DNA of 64,000 bases, taken from positions 11,407-75,406 of the forward strand of contig JAJQAZ010000104.1 in NCBI GenBank assembly GCA_021203545.1, read 5' to 3'. This DNA is from Tannerellaceae bacterium (GTDB lineage Bacteria > Bacteroidota > Bacteroidia > Bacteroidales > Tannerellaceae). The position numbers and the translations under genes were made by a program. Below the pieces are notes generated by a model, which saw only the letters and a list, made by a program, of their open reading frames with translations, searched no databases and was not told where the DNA came from. Positions 19,231 through 28,441 of the stretch are shown one piece after another; position 1 is the stretch's first letter, and each line of letters opens with the position of its first letter.

Positions 19231-22215
19231 ATGAAGAAATTTGGTATTATTATCAGCTTCCTTGGGTTGCTCTTTTCCGGTTATTCGCAAACCATACCGG
19301 AACTGTACCGGCAGGCTGATAAAGAAAAAATGAATCATTGGGTTGATTCGGTTTTTAACCGGTTAACACCAGAGGAACGGGTTGGCCAGCTATTTATGAT
19401 CGTGGTAGATCCTAAAACCGATGCCCGTAATATGCAATTGGTGAACCGTTACCTTACTGAAATAAAAATAGGGGGAGTGCTTTTCCAGAAAGGCGATCCT
19501 GTTTCACAGGCCGAGGTTACCAATACCATTCAGAAAACCGCCAATGTGCCTTTATTGATAGCACTGGATGGTGAATGGGGGCTTTCTATGCGGTTGAGTA
19601 ATACTACCCGCTTTCCTAAAAATATGATGCTGGGTGCGATAGAAAACGACGACCTGATCCGCTTATATGGCGAGGAAGTAGGCCGCCAGTGCCGGGAATT
19701 GGGTATCCATATCAATTTTGCACCTTCGCTGGATGTAAACAGCAATACGGATAATCCGGTAATCGGGTTGCGCTCGTTTGGGGAATCTCCTGAAGCTGTG
19801 GCCGGAAAAGGTATCGCGTATGCCAGGGGGTTGGAAAGTATGGGAATCTTGTCGGTTGCTAAACATTTTCCGGGTCATGGGGATACATCGGAAGATTCGC
19901 ACCATACGTTGCCGGCTGTCCGGCATGATATCCTGCGGTTGGATAGCGTTGAGTTGCTGCCTTTCAAAAGATATATATATGAAGGTTTCGGAGGGATTAT
20001 GAATGCCCATCTTTATATTCCCGCCTTAGATAACACACCTAACCGGCCGGCGTCTCTCTCTAAAGCAGTAGTGAGCGAATTGTTACAAAAAACGCTTGGT
20101 TTTACAGGTTTAACCTTTACCGATGCGTTGGCTATGAAAGGTGCTTCGGCTAATAGTTCTGATAATCCCTGTGTATTAGCTCTGCAAGCCGGGAATGATG
20201 TGTTATTGGGACCGGCTGCAGCATTCAGCGATTATAAAGCTGTGTTAAAAGCAATTGAGCAGGGAATACTTACAAATGCCGATATTGATGCAAAATGCCG
20301 GAAGGTTTTGGAATATAAGTTTATTGCAGGACTGAATAACTATAAACCGGTTGAAGTAAAAGGGCTTGAAGAACGTTTGAACTCGCCCCATGCCGCCTGG
20401 GTAGCAGCAAAACTAAATGCGGAATCGATTACTTTACTAAAGAATGAGTCTGACATTCTTCCTCTGAAAGAACTGGATAAAAAGAAAATAGCAGTGCTTT
20501 CGTTGGGAGAGGGTACAAACAGTGACTTTCAGCGGGTCGTGAATTTGTATGATAAAGTAGACCGTTATAGCCTGACCCGTAATTCCTCTGCCGACCAGAT
20601 CAAACAGGTATATACTAAATTACAAAATTATGATGTGATTATTTGCGGGGTGCATACGGTACGTATTCCGGAAAGTGCAGAGTTACGCCAGCTGGCTGCT
20701 AAGAAAGAGGTAATCCTGGCATTTTTTACTTTGCCTTATTTCTGCACGCAATACATCCAATCTATTAATCTGGCAAAAGGGGTGGTAATGGCTTATGAAA
20801 CAACTCCCCTGGCACAGGATTTTGCGGCACAGGCTATTTTTGGTGGAATAGCCATGCAGGGTAAGTTGCCGGTTAGTATCCCGGGCTTGTATTTTGCAGG
20901 AACAGGAATGTTTACATCCAAAACCCGTTTAGGATACCATGAACCGGAAGAGGTTGGCGTGAATCCTGTACGGCTGGATGTGATTGATACGATTGTAAAA
21001 CAGGGATTGGACGAAGGTGCTTATCCCGGTTGCCAGGTATTGGTGGCTAAAAACGGCATGGTTATTTATAATAAATCGTTCGGCTATTTTGATAGTTCAA
21101 AGAAACAGAAAGTAACCAATCAGTCTGTATACGATCTGGCATCGGCATCGAAAGCTGCCGGTACCCTGTTGGCTGTAATGAAAGGATACGACCAGGATGC
21201 TTATACATTAAATACTACGGCAGCCACCTATATACCGGAGTTGCAGCAGACAGATAAAAAAGATATTACAATACGGGAGTTATTGTTTCACCAGTCCGGA
21301 ATGATCTCTTCTCTGAATTTTTATATTAAAGCAATAGATAAGAAAAGTTATACCGGAAATTTGTATGCATCGGCAAAAGATGCGGCTCACCCGGTACAGT
21401 ATGATGCTAAAACATGGGTAAGAACTGATTATAAGTTTTACCTGGAAATTGTTTCCCCAACAAAGAAAGAAGGGTTTACAACAGAAGTAGCACGCAACTT
21501 ATACCTGAGCCCTACGTTCCAGGATTCAATTATGGCGCAGATTGCCGGTTCGAAATTAACCAACCGTGGAACTTACCGGTATAGTTGTATCAATTTTATC
21601 ACTCTGCAAAAAATGGTTGAAAACCGTTTGGGACAGCCGCTCGATGAATTGTTGTATACCCAATTTTATGACAAACTGGGGGCAAACGACCTACGGTATA
21701 CACCTTTAAAATGGATGGATTCAACCCGTATCGTGCCTACGGAACATGATAAATTTATCAGGAAACAGGTGTTGAGGGGATATGTACACGATGAGGCCGC
21801 TGCGTTTCTGGGAGGAGTGTCCGGGAATGCCGGTTTGTTCTCTTCGGCTAATGATTTGGCTAAGCCTCTGCAGATGTTGCTGAATCTGGGATCCTATGGA
21901 GGAGAAGAATATATCTCTACTGAAACAGCACGGTTGTTTACACAAACCAAGAGTCCTAATTCACGCAGGGGACTTGGCTTTGATAAGCCGGATACGTCGG
22001 CTCCTAAAAAATCGCCTACAGGGGCTTTGGCTCCGGCTTCTGTTTATGGACATACCGGTTATACCGGTACCTGTTTTTGGGTAGACCCGGATAACCAGCT
22101 TATTTATATTTTCCTGAGCAACCAGGTAAATCCGACAAGGCTGAATACAAAACTTTTTTCCCTGGATATCCGTGCCCGCATTCAGGATGCCCTATACAAA
22201 GCAATTAATCAATAA
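19231..22215 (+). CDS. Fusion protein: GH3 beta-N-acetylhexosaminidase-like N-domain + serine hydrolase (beta-lactamase/PBP4*-fold) C-domain, secreted
   Basis: Start set at MKKFGIIISFLGLLFSGYSQ (signal peptide). GH3 motifs are KHFPGHGDT and FTDALAMKG. The C-terminal half has SxxK (ASASKAAG) and GHTGYTG, typical of the PF00144-type fold. Confidence 0.9.
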   Translation: MKKFGIIISFLGLLFSGYSQTIPELYRQADKEKMNHWVDSVFNRLTPEERVGQLFMIVVDPKTDARNMQLVNRYLTEIKIGGVLFQKGDPVSQAEVTNTIQKTANVPLLIALDGEWGLSMRLSNTTRFPKNMMLGAIENDDLIRLYGEEVGRQCRELGIHINFAPSLDVNSNTDNPVIGLRSFGESPEAVAGKGIAYARGLESMGILSVAKHFPGHGDTSEDSHHTLPAVRHDILRLDSVELLPFKRYIYEGFGGIMNAHLYIPALDNTPNRPASLSKAVVSELLQKTLGFTGLTFTDALAMKGASANSSDNPCVLALQAGNDVLLGPAAAFSDYKAVLKAIEQGILTNADIDAKCRKVLEYKFIAGLNNYKPVEVKGLEERLNSPHAAWVAAKLNAESITLLKNESDILPLKELDKKKIAVLSLGEGTNSDFQRVVNLYDKVDRYSLTRNSSADQIKQVYTKLQNYDVIICGVHTVRIPESAELRQLAAKKEVILAFFTLPYFCTQYIQSINLAKGVVMAYETTPLAQDFAAQAIFGGIAMQGKLPVSIPGLYFAGTGMFTSKTRLGYHEPEEVGVNPVRLDVIDTIVKQGLDEGAYPGCQVLVAKNGMVIYNKSFGYFDSSKKQKVTNQSVYDLASASKAAGTLLAVMKGYDQDAYTLNTTAATYIPELQQTDKKDITIRELLFHQSGMISSLNFYIKAIDKKSYTGNLYASAKDAAHPVQYDAKTWVRTDYKFYLEIVSPTKKEGFTTEVARNLYLSPTFQDSIMAQIAGSKLTNRGTYRYSCINFITLQKMVENRLGQPLDELLYTQFYDKLGANDLRYTPLKWMDSTRIVPTEHDKFIRKQVLRGYVHDEAAAFLGGVSGNAGLFSSANDLAKPLQMLLNLGSYGGEEYISTETARLFTQTKSPNSRRGLGFDKPDTSAPKKSPTGALAPASVYGHTGYTGTCFWVDPDNQLIYIFLSNQVNPTRLNTKLFSLDIRARIQDALYKAINQ

Positions 22216-22245
22216 TATTATTCATAAATAAAACGATAATCTATT

Positions 22246-23274
22246 ATGCTGTTTGGACACGGTGACGATTTTTATAACACTACAACAGAAGTAATAAGTA
22301 ACTTCAGTTCGAATGTCTGGCATGGTGCAAACCTCGATAAACTGAAAGAGCATCTGATCACGCAATTTGATAAACTGGCCTGTTATCCTGAACCGGATGC
22401 AGGTAGTTTAAAAAGGTTGCTGGCACGCCGTTTTGAGATTAAGGAAGAGAATGTGTTGATAACAAATGGAGCTACCGCGGCTATTTATCTGTTGGCACAG
22501 GTGGGGCGTGGCTCATCTTCTATGATACAGATTCCTGCTTTTTCGGAATATGAAGATGCCTGTCGTTTGCATGAACACAAGATCAGTTATTTCCGTACTT
22601 CGGAAGATCTTTCTAACCTGAATCTGGAAGGACAGGATTATTGCTGGATATGCAATCCGAATAACCCGGATGGAAAACTGATACTCCGTACAGAGTTACT
22701 GAAACTGATAGGCGAAAATAAGAAGACTACGTTTATAATTGACCAGTCTTACGCAGCGTTTACAACAGAGGAGCTGTTAAAACCTTCTGATTTGAAGAAT
22801 CATAAGAACCTGATTCTGATTCACTCGATGTCTAAGGCATATAAAATTCCCGGACTGCGGGTAGGGTATATACTGGGACAACCGGCTATAATTAAAGAGG
22901 TAAATAAATATGTGACACCCTGGTCTGTCAATGCCCTGGCTATTGAAGCAAGTAAGTATATACTGATACATCCGGCACAGTTTACTTTGCCTATCCGTAA
23001 ATGGCAACGTGAAACGGCCGAATTTATTTATCAGTTGAATAAGATGGAAGGCCTTGAAGTAATTCCAACTTCTACACCTTTCTTTTTAATACGGCTGAAA
23101 AAAGGAACAGCATCAGAACTAAAGAAATATTTGTTGAAACATCATGGAATATTGGTGAGGGACGCAGCTAACTTCCGCGGTCTGGATGAACGGTATCTGA
23201 GGTTGTGTGCACAAACGACCCAGGAAAACCTGGCTTTGGCGGATATTATCAAAGAATGGCTGGGGAAACGGTGA
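22246..23274 (+). CDS. Class I/II PLP-dependent aminotransferase-fold enzyme (CobD/HisC-like, threonine-phosphate-decarboxylase type)
   Basis: 342 aa with NPNNPDG and the PLP-lysine context HSMSKAYKIPGLRVGY. Confidence 0.85.
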   Translation: MLFGHGDDFYNTTTEVISNFSSNVWHGANLDKLKEHLITQFDKLACYPEPDAGSLKRLLARRFEIKEENVLITNGATAAIYLLAQVGRGSSSMIQIPAFSEYEDACRLHEHKISYFRTSEDLSNLNLEGQDYCWICNPNNPDGKLILRTELLKLIGENKKTTFIIDQSYAAFTTEELLKPSDLKNHKNLILIHSMSKAYKIPGLRVGYILGQPAIIKEVNKYVTPWSVNALAIEASKYILIHPAQFTLPIRKWQRETAEFIYQLNKMEGLEVIPTSTPFFLIRLKKGTASELKKYLLKHHGILVRDAANFRGLDERYLRLCAQTTQENLALADIIKEWLGKR

Positions 23275-23296
23275 AATCCGGTATTCGAATAAAAAG

Positions 23297-23331
23297 AAAA
23301 GAGGATGCTTCTATGAAGTATCCTCTTTTTA
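23297..23331. terminator. Intrinsic terminator (bidirectional position) after the aminotransferase gene
   Basis: Stem AAGAGGAT (23299-23306) with ATCCTCTT (23320-23327), followed by a T-run and preceded by an A-run. Confidence 0.65.
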
Positions 23332-23354
23332 GTTTTTTTCTGTGTGTAGTGAAA

Positions 23355-23525
23355 TTACTCAAAATACTTGTTTAGAGCAATATGCCCCAGATAGCCTGCA
23401 ATAATTAAACCAAGGCCAATAAGAAGCATTACATTTGTCATGCCACCGGTCAACGCAGGTACCGCCAGCACTAACACCCCGATCAGGAGTACCAAAACTC
23501 CCAGATATTTTACAAATCCGTTCAT
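23355..23525 (-). CDS. Small (56 aa) two-TM membrane protein, absent from the ORF track (under 60 aa)
   Basis: Minus-strand ATG (cat 23523-23525) to TAA (23355-23357): MNGFVKYLGVLVLLIGVLVLAVPALTGGMTNVMLLIGLGLIIAGYLGHIALNKYFE. It has two clear hydrophobic helices, sits between a terminator and a divergent promoter region, and has the near-consensus box TTTATTTG ~33 nt upstream. Confidence 0.5.
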   Translation of the reverse strand: MNGFVKYLGVLVLLIGVLVLAVPALTGGMTNVMLLIGLGLIIAGYLGHIALNKYFE

Positions 23526-23629
23526 GGTTATAGATGTTTATAATTATTTTCTACCACAAATAAAGCAATAATAACCCGATTCAAAAAATATTTTAAGATA
23601 AAAATAATGATTACGATCAATTTAGATTT

Positions 23630-23637
23630 TATATTTG
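23630..23637 (+). promoter_or_regulatory. -7 box TATATTTG for the acyltransferase gene
   Basis: Exact TAnnTTTG 22 nt upstream of the ATG at 23659. Confidence 0.45.
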
Positions 23638-23658
23638 TAGTATTAAATACGGTTTCAG

Positions 23659-24396
23659 ATGTTAAGGATACTATATGTGATTTATTTGTGGTTATTCATG
23701 GTACCCTTATTCCTGGTACTGACTTTGCTAACGGCCTTGACTACCATTATCGGATGTCTGTTGGGAGGAGAGAGGATTTTTGCTTATTATCCGGGTATGA
23801 TCTGGTCACGCCTGACCTGTTATATGGCTTTATGTCCGGTAGAAGTAAAGGGGCGGGAGCATATTGATCCTAAAAAGTCATATGTCTTTGTCGCTAATCA
23901 TCAGGGTGCGTTTGATATCTTTTTGATTTATGGATTCTTGGGAGTACCTGTTAAATGGGTGCTGAAAGAAGGTATAATGAAGATCCCTTTTGTAGGAACA
24001 GCCTGCCGGGCTGCCGGATTTATTCCGGTAGATAATTCTACGTCCAAAGCTGCCGCGCGCTCGGTTACAGAAGCAGAAAAAGCTTTGCGCAAAGGAGCAT
24101 CGGTAGTAGTTTTTCCGGAAGGTTCGCGTACATATGACGGCCGGATGATCCGCTTTAAGAAAGGAGCCTACCAAATGGCTTTCGACCAACATTTATCTAT
24201 TGTACCGATTACGTTGAATGGTCCCTATAAGGTTTTACCTATCGGTTCGCTGAATATAAAACGCCACCGGATGGAGATGATTATTCATCCTCCTATCCCA
24301 ACAGATGGAATATCGCCTGATAATAAAGAACTGCAGAAACTGGCAGACCATACACAGCAGGTGATTGCTTCCACTTTATGGGATGAATTTAAATAA
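23659..24396 (+). CDS. 1-acyl-sn-glycerol-3-phosphate (lysophospholipid) acyltransferase, PlsC family
   Basis: 245 aa with an N-terminal TM helix, the HX4D motif (ANHQGAFD) and FPEGSRT. Confidence 0.85.
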   Translation: MLRILYVIYLWLFMVPLFLVLTLLTALTTIIGCLLGGERIFAYYPGMIWSRLTCYMALCPVEVKGREHIDPKKSYVFVANHQGAFDIFLIYGFLGVPVKWVLKEGIMKIPFVGTACRAAGFIPVDNSTSKAAARSVTEAEKALRKGASVVVFPEGSRTYDGRMIRFKKGAYQMAFDQHLSIVPITLNGPYKVLPIGSLNIKRHRMEMIIHPPIPTDGISPDNKELQKLADHTQQVIASTLWDEFK

Positions 24397-24404
24397 TTTT
24401 TGTA

Positions 24405-25886
24405 TTACCAGTTTTTCAATACTCCCCGCCGGATAACAGATACACTGAATCCGATTCCATTATCAACAACATTACCTGCGTCGTTGGCTAAAGAGCCTTT
24501 AAACAACCAGTCTTTCAGTTGTGGATGTTGATAAGTAATATCTACCACACTGGAAACACCAAATTTCTTTGCTCGGTAAGGCCGGGAATGTGTACCGAAA
24601 TTGTTCATAACAGTGAACAGAAGACGATAACTTAATTGTGGATTGATATCTCCTTCAGCACCTACGTGCCAGTCTTTGACACGATTGCATTTGAATCCCA
24701 GTGCTCCGTCTTCATTATATTCGGGCGAAAGTAGTAAAGGAGAAGCTAAACTGCGGTTGAAATAAGAAACACCGGTAGTGTATTCGCCATTATTATAATA
24801 GTTGTCGTTACCTCCTCCACGGCGGGAATAAAAGTATTCACGATCAAACTTTATAAAGTGCATGGTTCCGGATTGATGGCGTGTCTCTACTGTTTCCAAT
24901 ACTACTTTACGAAGCCAGCTGATAGTTGGTAAATTAATTTCCAATCCCCAAAGTCCATCCCAGCGGGTAGCCCATTCTGCTCCGGAACCATCTTCAAAAA
25001 AACGTTGGTGATAAAAAGATGCTTCCCAGTTTTCTTTTTTATAGCTGAATTTGATATCGTATGAACCATAATGGTTACCTAAAGCATTGGCCTGGTCGCT
25101 GGCTGTTGCACCGCTTCCGCCTTCTTTAAATGTAACGATCCGTATAAAGTCTTTTAAAGAACTGGGTTGTTTTCCATATTTTGTAGATGTTCCACCCCAT
25201 TGAGCCCAGTGCTGCACACCAAGAGTAGCACTAAAGGGAGATCCGTTCTTGGAATCTAATGCCCTTAGGTATAAAGATTTGTGATGCCACAGGGTGTTTT
25301 TTACATATATCTGTTTATCATTCACAAACTGTTCCAGGTATTTTGTGTCGAAAGAACGTCCGGCGGCAAAGTCTCCCCGCAGATGAACCCAGCCTTGTGT
25401 AAAAGGAATGGGTACAAAATCCGTAAGACTCACATTGATCTCCGGAAGGGGGCGGGCATTGTTAGAGAATACCATATCTCCCGAAGAGAGATTCCGGTCC
25501 CATAACGAATTATACTTTTCTTTGCTGCCAATGCTTAACTGCAACTTTTTATATCCGATTTCTCCATACACCTGCTGTACATAAACATTCCGGTACCGTG
25601 AGGTAGAGGCTATAACATCCAATCCGGCATTCCAGTAAAAACCTTTGCCGAACCGCTGGTTTTGAAAAACTCCCGCACTTAAGTAGCCGTTATTACTGTC
25701 GAGAGGTATTTTTCCGTATTTATTACTTACTATCCAGAAAGGAGTTGTTGAACCCGTTGCTGCCGAACCGAATAATTCGATTTTATAAACCAGTGCATCT
25801 TCGTTTTCCGCTTGTTCCTGTGCTATTAATATAAAAGGAGTAAGAATAAATAAGAAGGATAGGATATATAAATGTACAGTTTTCAT
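24405..25886 (-). CDS. Outer-membrane beta-barrel protein, probably capsule-assembly Wzi family
   Basis: Start set at MKTVHLYILSFLFILTPFILIAQ (signal peptide; cat 25884-25886), 25 nt downstream of a -7 box. The Tyr/Gly/aromatic-rich beta-strand pattern, C-terminal W, and the TPFWIVSNKYG motif recall Wzi-family proteins. The family call is from memory. Confidence 0.7.
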   Translation of the reverse strand: MKTVHLYILSFLFILTPFILIAQEQAENEDALVYKIELFGSAATGSTTPFWIVSNKYGKIPLDSNNGYLSAGVFQNQRFGKGFYWNAGLDVIASTSRYRNVYVQQVYGEIGYKKLQLSIGSKEKYNSLWDRNLSSGDMVFSNNARPLPEINVSLTDFVPIPFTQGWVHLRGDFAAGRSFDTKYLEQFVNDKQIYVKNTLWHHKSLYLRALDSKNGSPFSATLGVQHWAQWGGTSTKYGKQPSSLKDFIRIVTFKEGGSGATASDQANALGNHYGSYDIKFSYKKENWEASFYHQRFFEDGSGAEWATRWDGLWGLEINLPTISWLRKVVLETVETRHQSGTMHFIKFDREYFYSRRGGGNDNYYNNGEYTTGVSYFNRSLASPLLLSPEYNEDGALGFKCNRVKDWHVGAEGDINPQLSYRLLFTVMNNFGTHSRPYRAKKFGVSSVVDITYQHPQLKDWLFKGSLANDAGNVVDNGIGFSVSVIRRGVLKNW

Positions 25887-25910
25887 GTCTATTCTTTTTT
25901 TGAACGATGG

Positions 25911-25918
25911 CAAAGGTA
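25911..25918 (-). promoter_or_regulatory. -7 box TACCTTTG (minus strand) for the Wzi-like gene
   Basis: Plus-strand CAAAGGTA, 25 nt upstream of the ATG at 25886. Confidence 0.45.
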
Positions 25919-25931
25919 CATATTAAAAATT

Positions 25932-25953
25932 AATTGACAATTGACAATTGACA
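25932..25953. promoter_or_regulatory. Triple AATTGACA repeat (AATTGACAATTGACAATTGACA) in the divergent Wzi-like/GT2 promoter region
   Basis: Same (A)ATTGTCAATT motif as in the modules at 18536-18560 and 19167-19191. On the minus strand it lies 13 nt upstream of TACCTTTG. Confidence 0.5.
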
Positions 25954-25969
25954 TTTGATAAAGATTCAG

Positions 25970-25977
25970 TACGTTTG
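25970..25977 (+). promoter_or_regulatory. -7 box TACGTTTG for the GT2 gene
   Basis: Exact TAnnTTTG 26 nt upstream of the ATG at 26003. Confidence 0.45.
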
Positions 25978-26002
25978 CACCGTCTTAAAATAATAACCTA
26001 AT

Positions 26003-27190
26003 ATGAACCAAATATATTTTTCGGTAAATACCTTTGAGTTGATAATAGCAGGAATACTGGCCCTTTTATTTGTTATTCTGATACTTTATCTGTTTATTGT
26101 TTATCTTCGTCCCTACCGGGAAAGAAAGACAAATCCGGGTGGAAATCTTTCCGAATCACAACCCCCGGTTTCTGTTATTGTGTATGCCAAGAATGAATCG
26201 GTCAATCTGAAAGAGAATCTTCCCTTGTTGTTGAATCAGGATTATCCGGTTTATGAAGTTATTGTGGTAAATGATGGTTCTACGGATGAGAGTGAAGATG
26301 TATTGAGTCAGCTTGAAACAGAATATAAGAATCTGTATCACACATTTATACCGCAGGAATCACGTTACCTGAGCCGTAAAAAGCTGGCCTTAACTGTTGG
26401 AATCAAGGCTGCAAAGAATGATATTCTGCTATTTATAGAACCTAACTGTAAACCTTTGACAAACTGGTGGATCTACCGGATGGTGCAATCGTATAATAAA
26501 CCGGGAACCGAAGTCGTGTTGGGATATTGTGCCTACCGCAGGGTAAACGGGTTTCTGCATAAACTGGCTTCGTATGATAATCTGGTAACAGGGTTGCAGT
26601 ATCTTTCGGGAGCCATACGCCGCCGGCCCTTTAAAGGTAATGGGCGAAATCTATCCTACTGCAAAGAATTATTCTTTACGAATAAAGGATTTAGTAATTC
26701 TCTTAAATTGCATGCGGGCGATGACGATCTTTTTATTAATACCTGTGCAACCTGTAAAAATACACAGGTGGAATATTCGCCGGAAAGTATTACAGAAGTA
26801 GAACCGGTGAGCCGTTTTAGTGTGTGGAAAGAGATGAAGGTGTCACGCGCGGCAACTCAACATCATTACCGCAGAGGTAGTTTGTTACCTTACCGTTTTG
26901 AAGCATTTGTTTATATTTTATACCTGCTGCTTTCTCTGTTTTCAGTGGTTGCAGGTATTCAGGGAAACCTGTTTCTACCCGTTACCGGGTTAAGCCTGTT
27001 TCTGGTATATTACTGTATAAAAGGAATTGTTTTCCGTCTTTCGGCACGCATGCTTCAACAGCCTTCGGTAAGTAACTGGTTACTGTTCCTGGATATTATC
27101 CTATTTTTCATGAATCTGTATGTACGGGTATACCGTATATTTCGTGGAAAGAACGATTACACATTCCGGGTTCAGGGAAAGAACAGATAA
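26003..27190 (+). CDS. Family 2 glycosyltransferase with N- and C-terminal TM segments
   Basis: 395 aa; GT2 signature VSVIVYAKNE...YEVIVVNDGSTDES, DxD-like GDDD, and C-terminal hydrophobic helices. Confidence 0.85.
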   Translation: MNQIYFSVNTFELIIAGILALLFVILILYLFIVYLRPYRERKTNPGGNLSESQPPVSVIVYAKNESVNLKENLPLLLNQDYPVYEVIVVNDGSTDESEDVLSQLETEYKNLYHTFIPQESRYLSRKKLALTVGIKAAKNDILLFIEPNCKPLTNWWIYRMVQSYNKPGTEVVLGYCAYRRVNGFLHKLASYDNLVTGLQYLSGAIRRRPFKGNGRNLSYCKELFFTNKGFSNSLKLHAGDDDLFINTCATCKNTQVEYSPESITEVEPVSRFSVWKEMKVSRAATQHHYRRGSLLPYRFEAFVYILYLLLSLFSVVAGIQGNLFLPVTGLSLFLVYYCIKGIVFRLSARMLQQPSVSNWLLFLDIILFFMNLYVRVYRIFRGKNDYTFRVQGKNR

Positions 27191-27193
27191 AAA

Positions 27194-28438
27194 TTATTCG
27201 AAACGAATACTTTTTACCGGGTCAATCCGGGTAATGAGGTAGGAGGGAGCCAGCATCATTAATAAAGATGCGGTTAAAGTTCCAATGTTTAGTAAAATAA
27301 GGGATAGAATGTTCAGATCAATAGGAACCGCATCCAGATAATAAACGGAAGGATCAAGGGATATCAATTTAAAATGCGACTGAACCAGGCAACAGGTAAT
27401 CCCGATAATGTTTCCCCAAATCATTCCTTTCCCAATCAGGAAAAAGGAGATATAAAGAAATATTTTGCGGATACTAAGATTATTCTCGCCCATAGCCTTT
27501 AATATACCAATCATATTGATCCGTTCCAGAATCAGAATCAGTAATCCGGATATCATGGTGAAGCCGGCTACAGCCATGATCAGTATCAGAATAACGATCA
27601 CATTTAAGTCCAGAACATCCAGCCAGTTGAAGATCATCGGATTCATATCTTTTATGGATTCTACATAGAAACCGTTCCTGTGCCGGTCCTGTTTCTCACT
27701 CATATAAACATATAGTTCATAAGTAAGCTCGTCCAGTTCGTTATAGTTATCTACCAGTATTTCCAATCCACTGGCTTCATCACTTTCCCAGCCATTCAGC
27801 CGGCGTACCTGTTTGATATCTGCTATGACAAATATTTTATCGTAATCCAGAAATCCGGTATCGTAAATTCCGGTTACTGTAAATTTACGTGCCCGCACCT
27901 CGTCCTGTATAAAATAGGTAAGGAAGGATTCACCGATTTTCAGGTTTACCCGGTCTGACAGGTATCTGGAAATAATTACATCAGTTGAATTTTTTTCCGG
28001 ATCAATGGTAAGGATATCGCCTTCTACCAGATTGGTACGGAAAAACGACCAGTCATAATCCGTATCTACCCCTTTCAGTACAATACCTTCAAAATCATTG
28101 TCGGTTTTCAGGATACCCGGTTTAGTCGCGAAACTTTCTACATGGCGGATTCCGGGATAGTCTTTTAATTCCTGTAATAATGTATCGCTAATAGTAACCG
28201 GAATAGTTTCGTATGAGGTATTACTGTCGAAATTTGATATCTGTATATGCGAACCAAACCCGATAACCTTATTCCTTACCTCCTTTTTGAAACCGGTGAT
28301 AATGGCAACAGAGAGGATCATGACAGCCAGCCCCAGCGCAATACCGATAATAGCCAGTTTAACAGCAGGGGGAGTAACCTGGCGGTCTCCCTCTTTATTA
28401 AAATGAATTCTTCTTGCTATAAATAATTCCAGATTCAT
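27194..28438 (-). CDS. ABC transporter permease, FtsX/MacB-type (LolC/E-like)
   Basis: 414 aa: N-terminal TM helix, large periplasmic domain, C-terminal FtsX-like 3-TM domain (ILKAMGENNLSIRKIF). Confidence 0.85.
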   Translation of the reverse strand: MNLELFIARRIHFNKEGDRQVTPPAVKLAIIGIALGLAVMILSVAIITGFKKEVRNKVIGFGSHIQISNFDSNTSYETIPVTISDTLLQELKDYPGIRHVESFATKPGILKTDNDFEGIVLKGVDTDYDWSFFRTNLVEGDILTIDPEKNSTDVIISRYLSDRVNLKIGESFLTYFIQDEVRARKFTVTGIYDTGFLDYDKIFVIADIKQVRRLNGWESDEASGLEILVDNYNELDELTYELYVYMSEKQDRHRNGFYVESIKDMNPMIFNWLDVLDLNVIVILILIMAVAGFTMISGLLILILERINMIGILKAMGENNLSIRKIFLYISFFLIGKGMIWGNIIGITCCLVQSHFKLISLDPSVYYLDAVPIDLNILSLILLNIGTLTASLLMMLAPSYLITRIDPVKSIRFE

Positions 28439-28441
28439 ACC

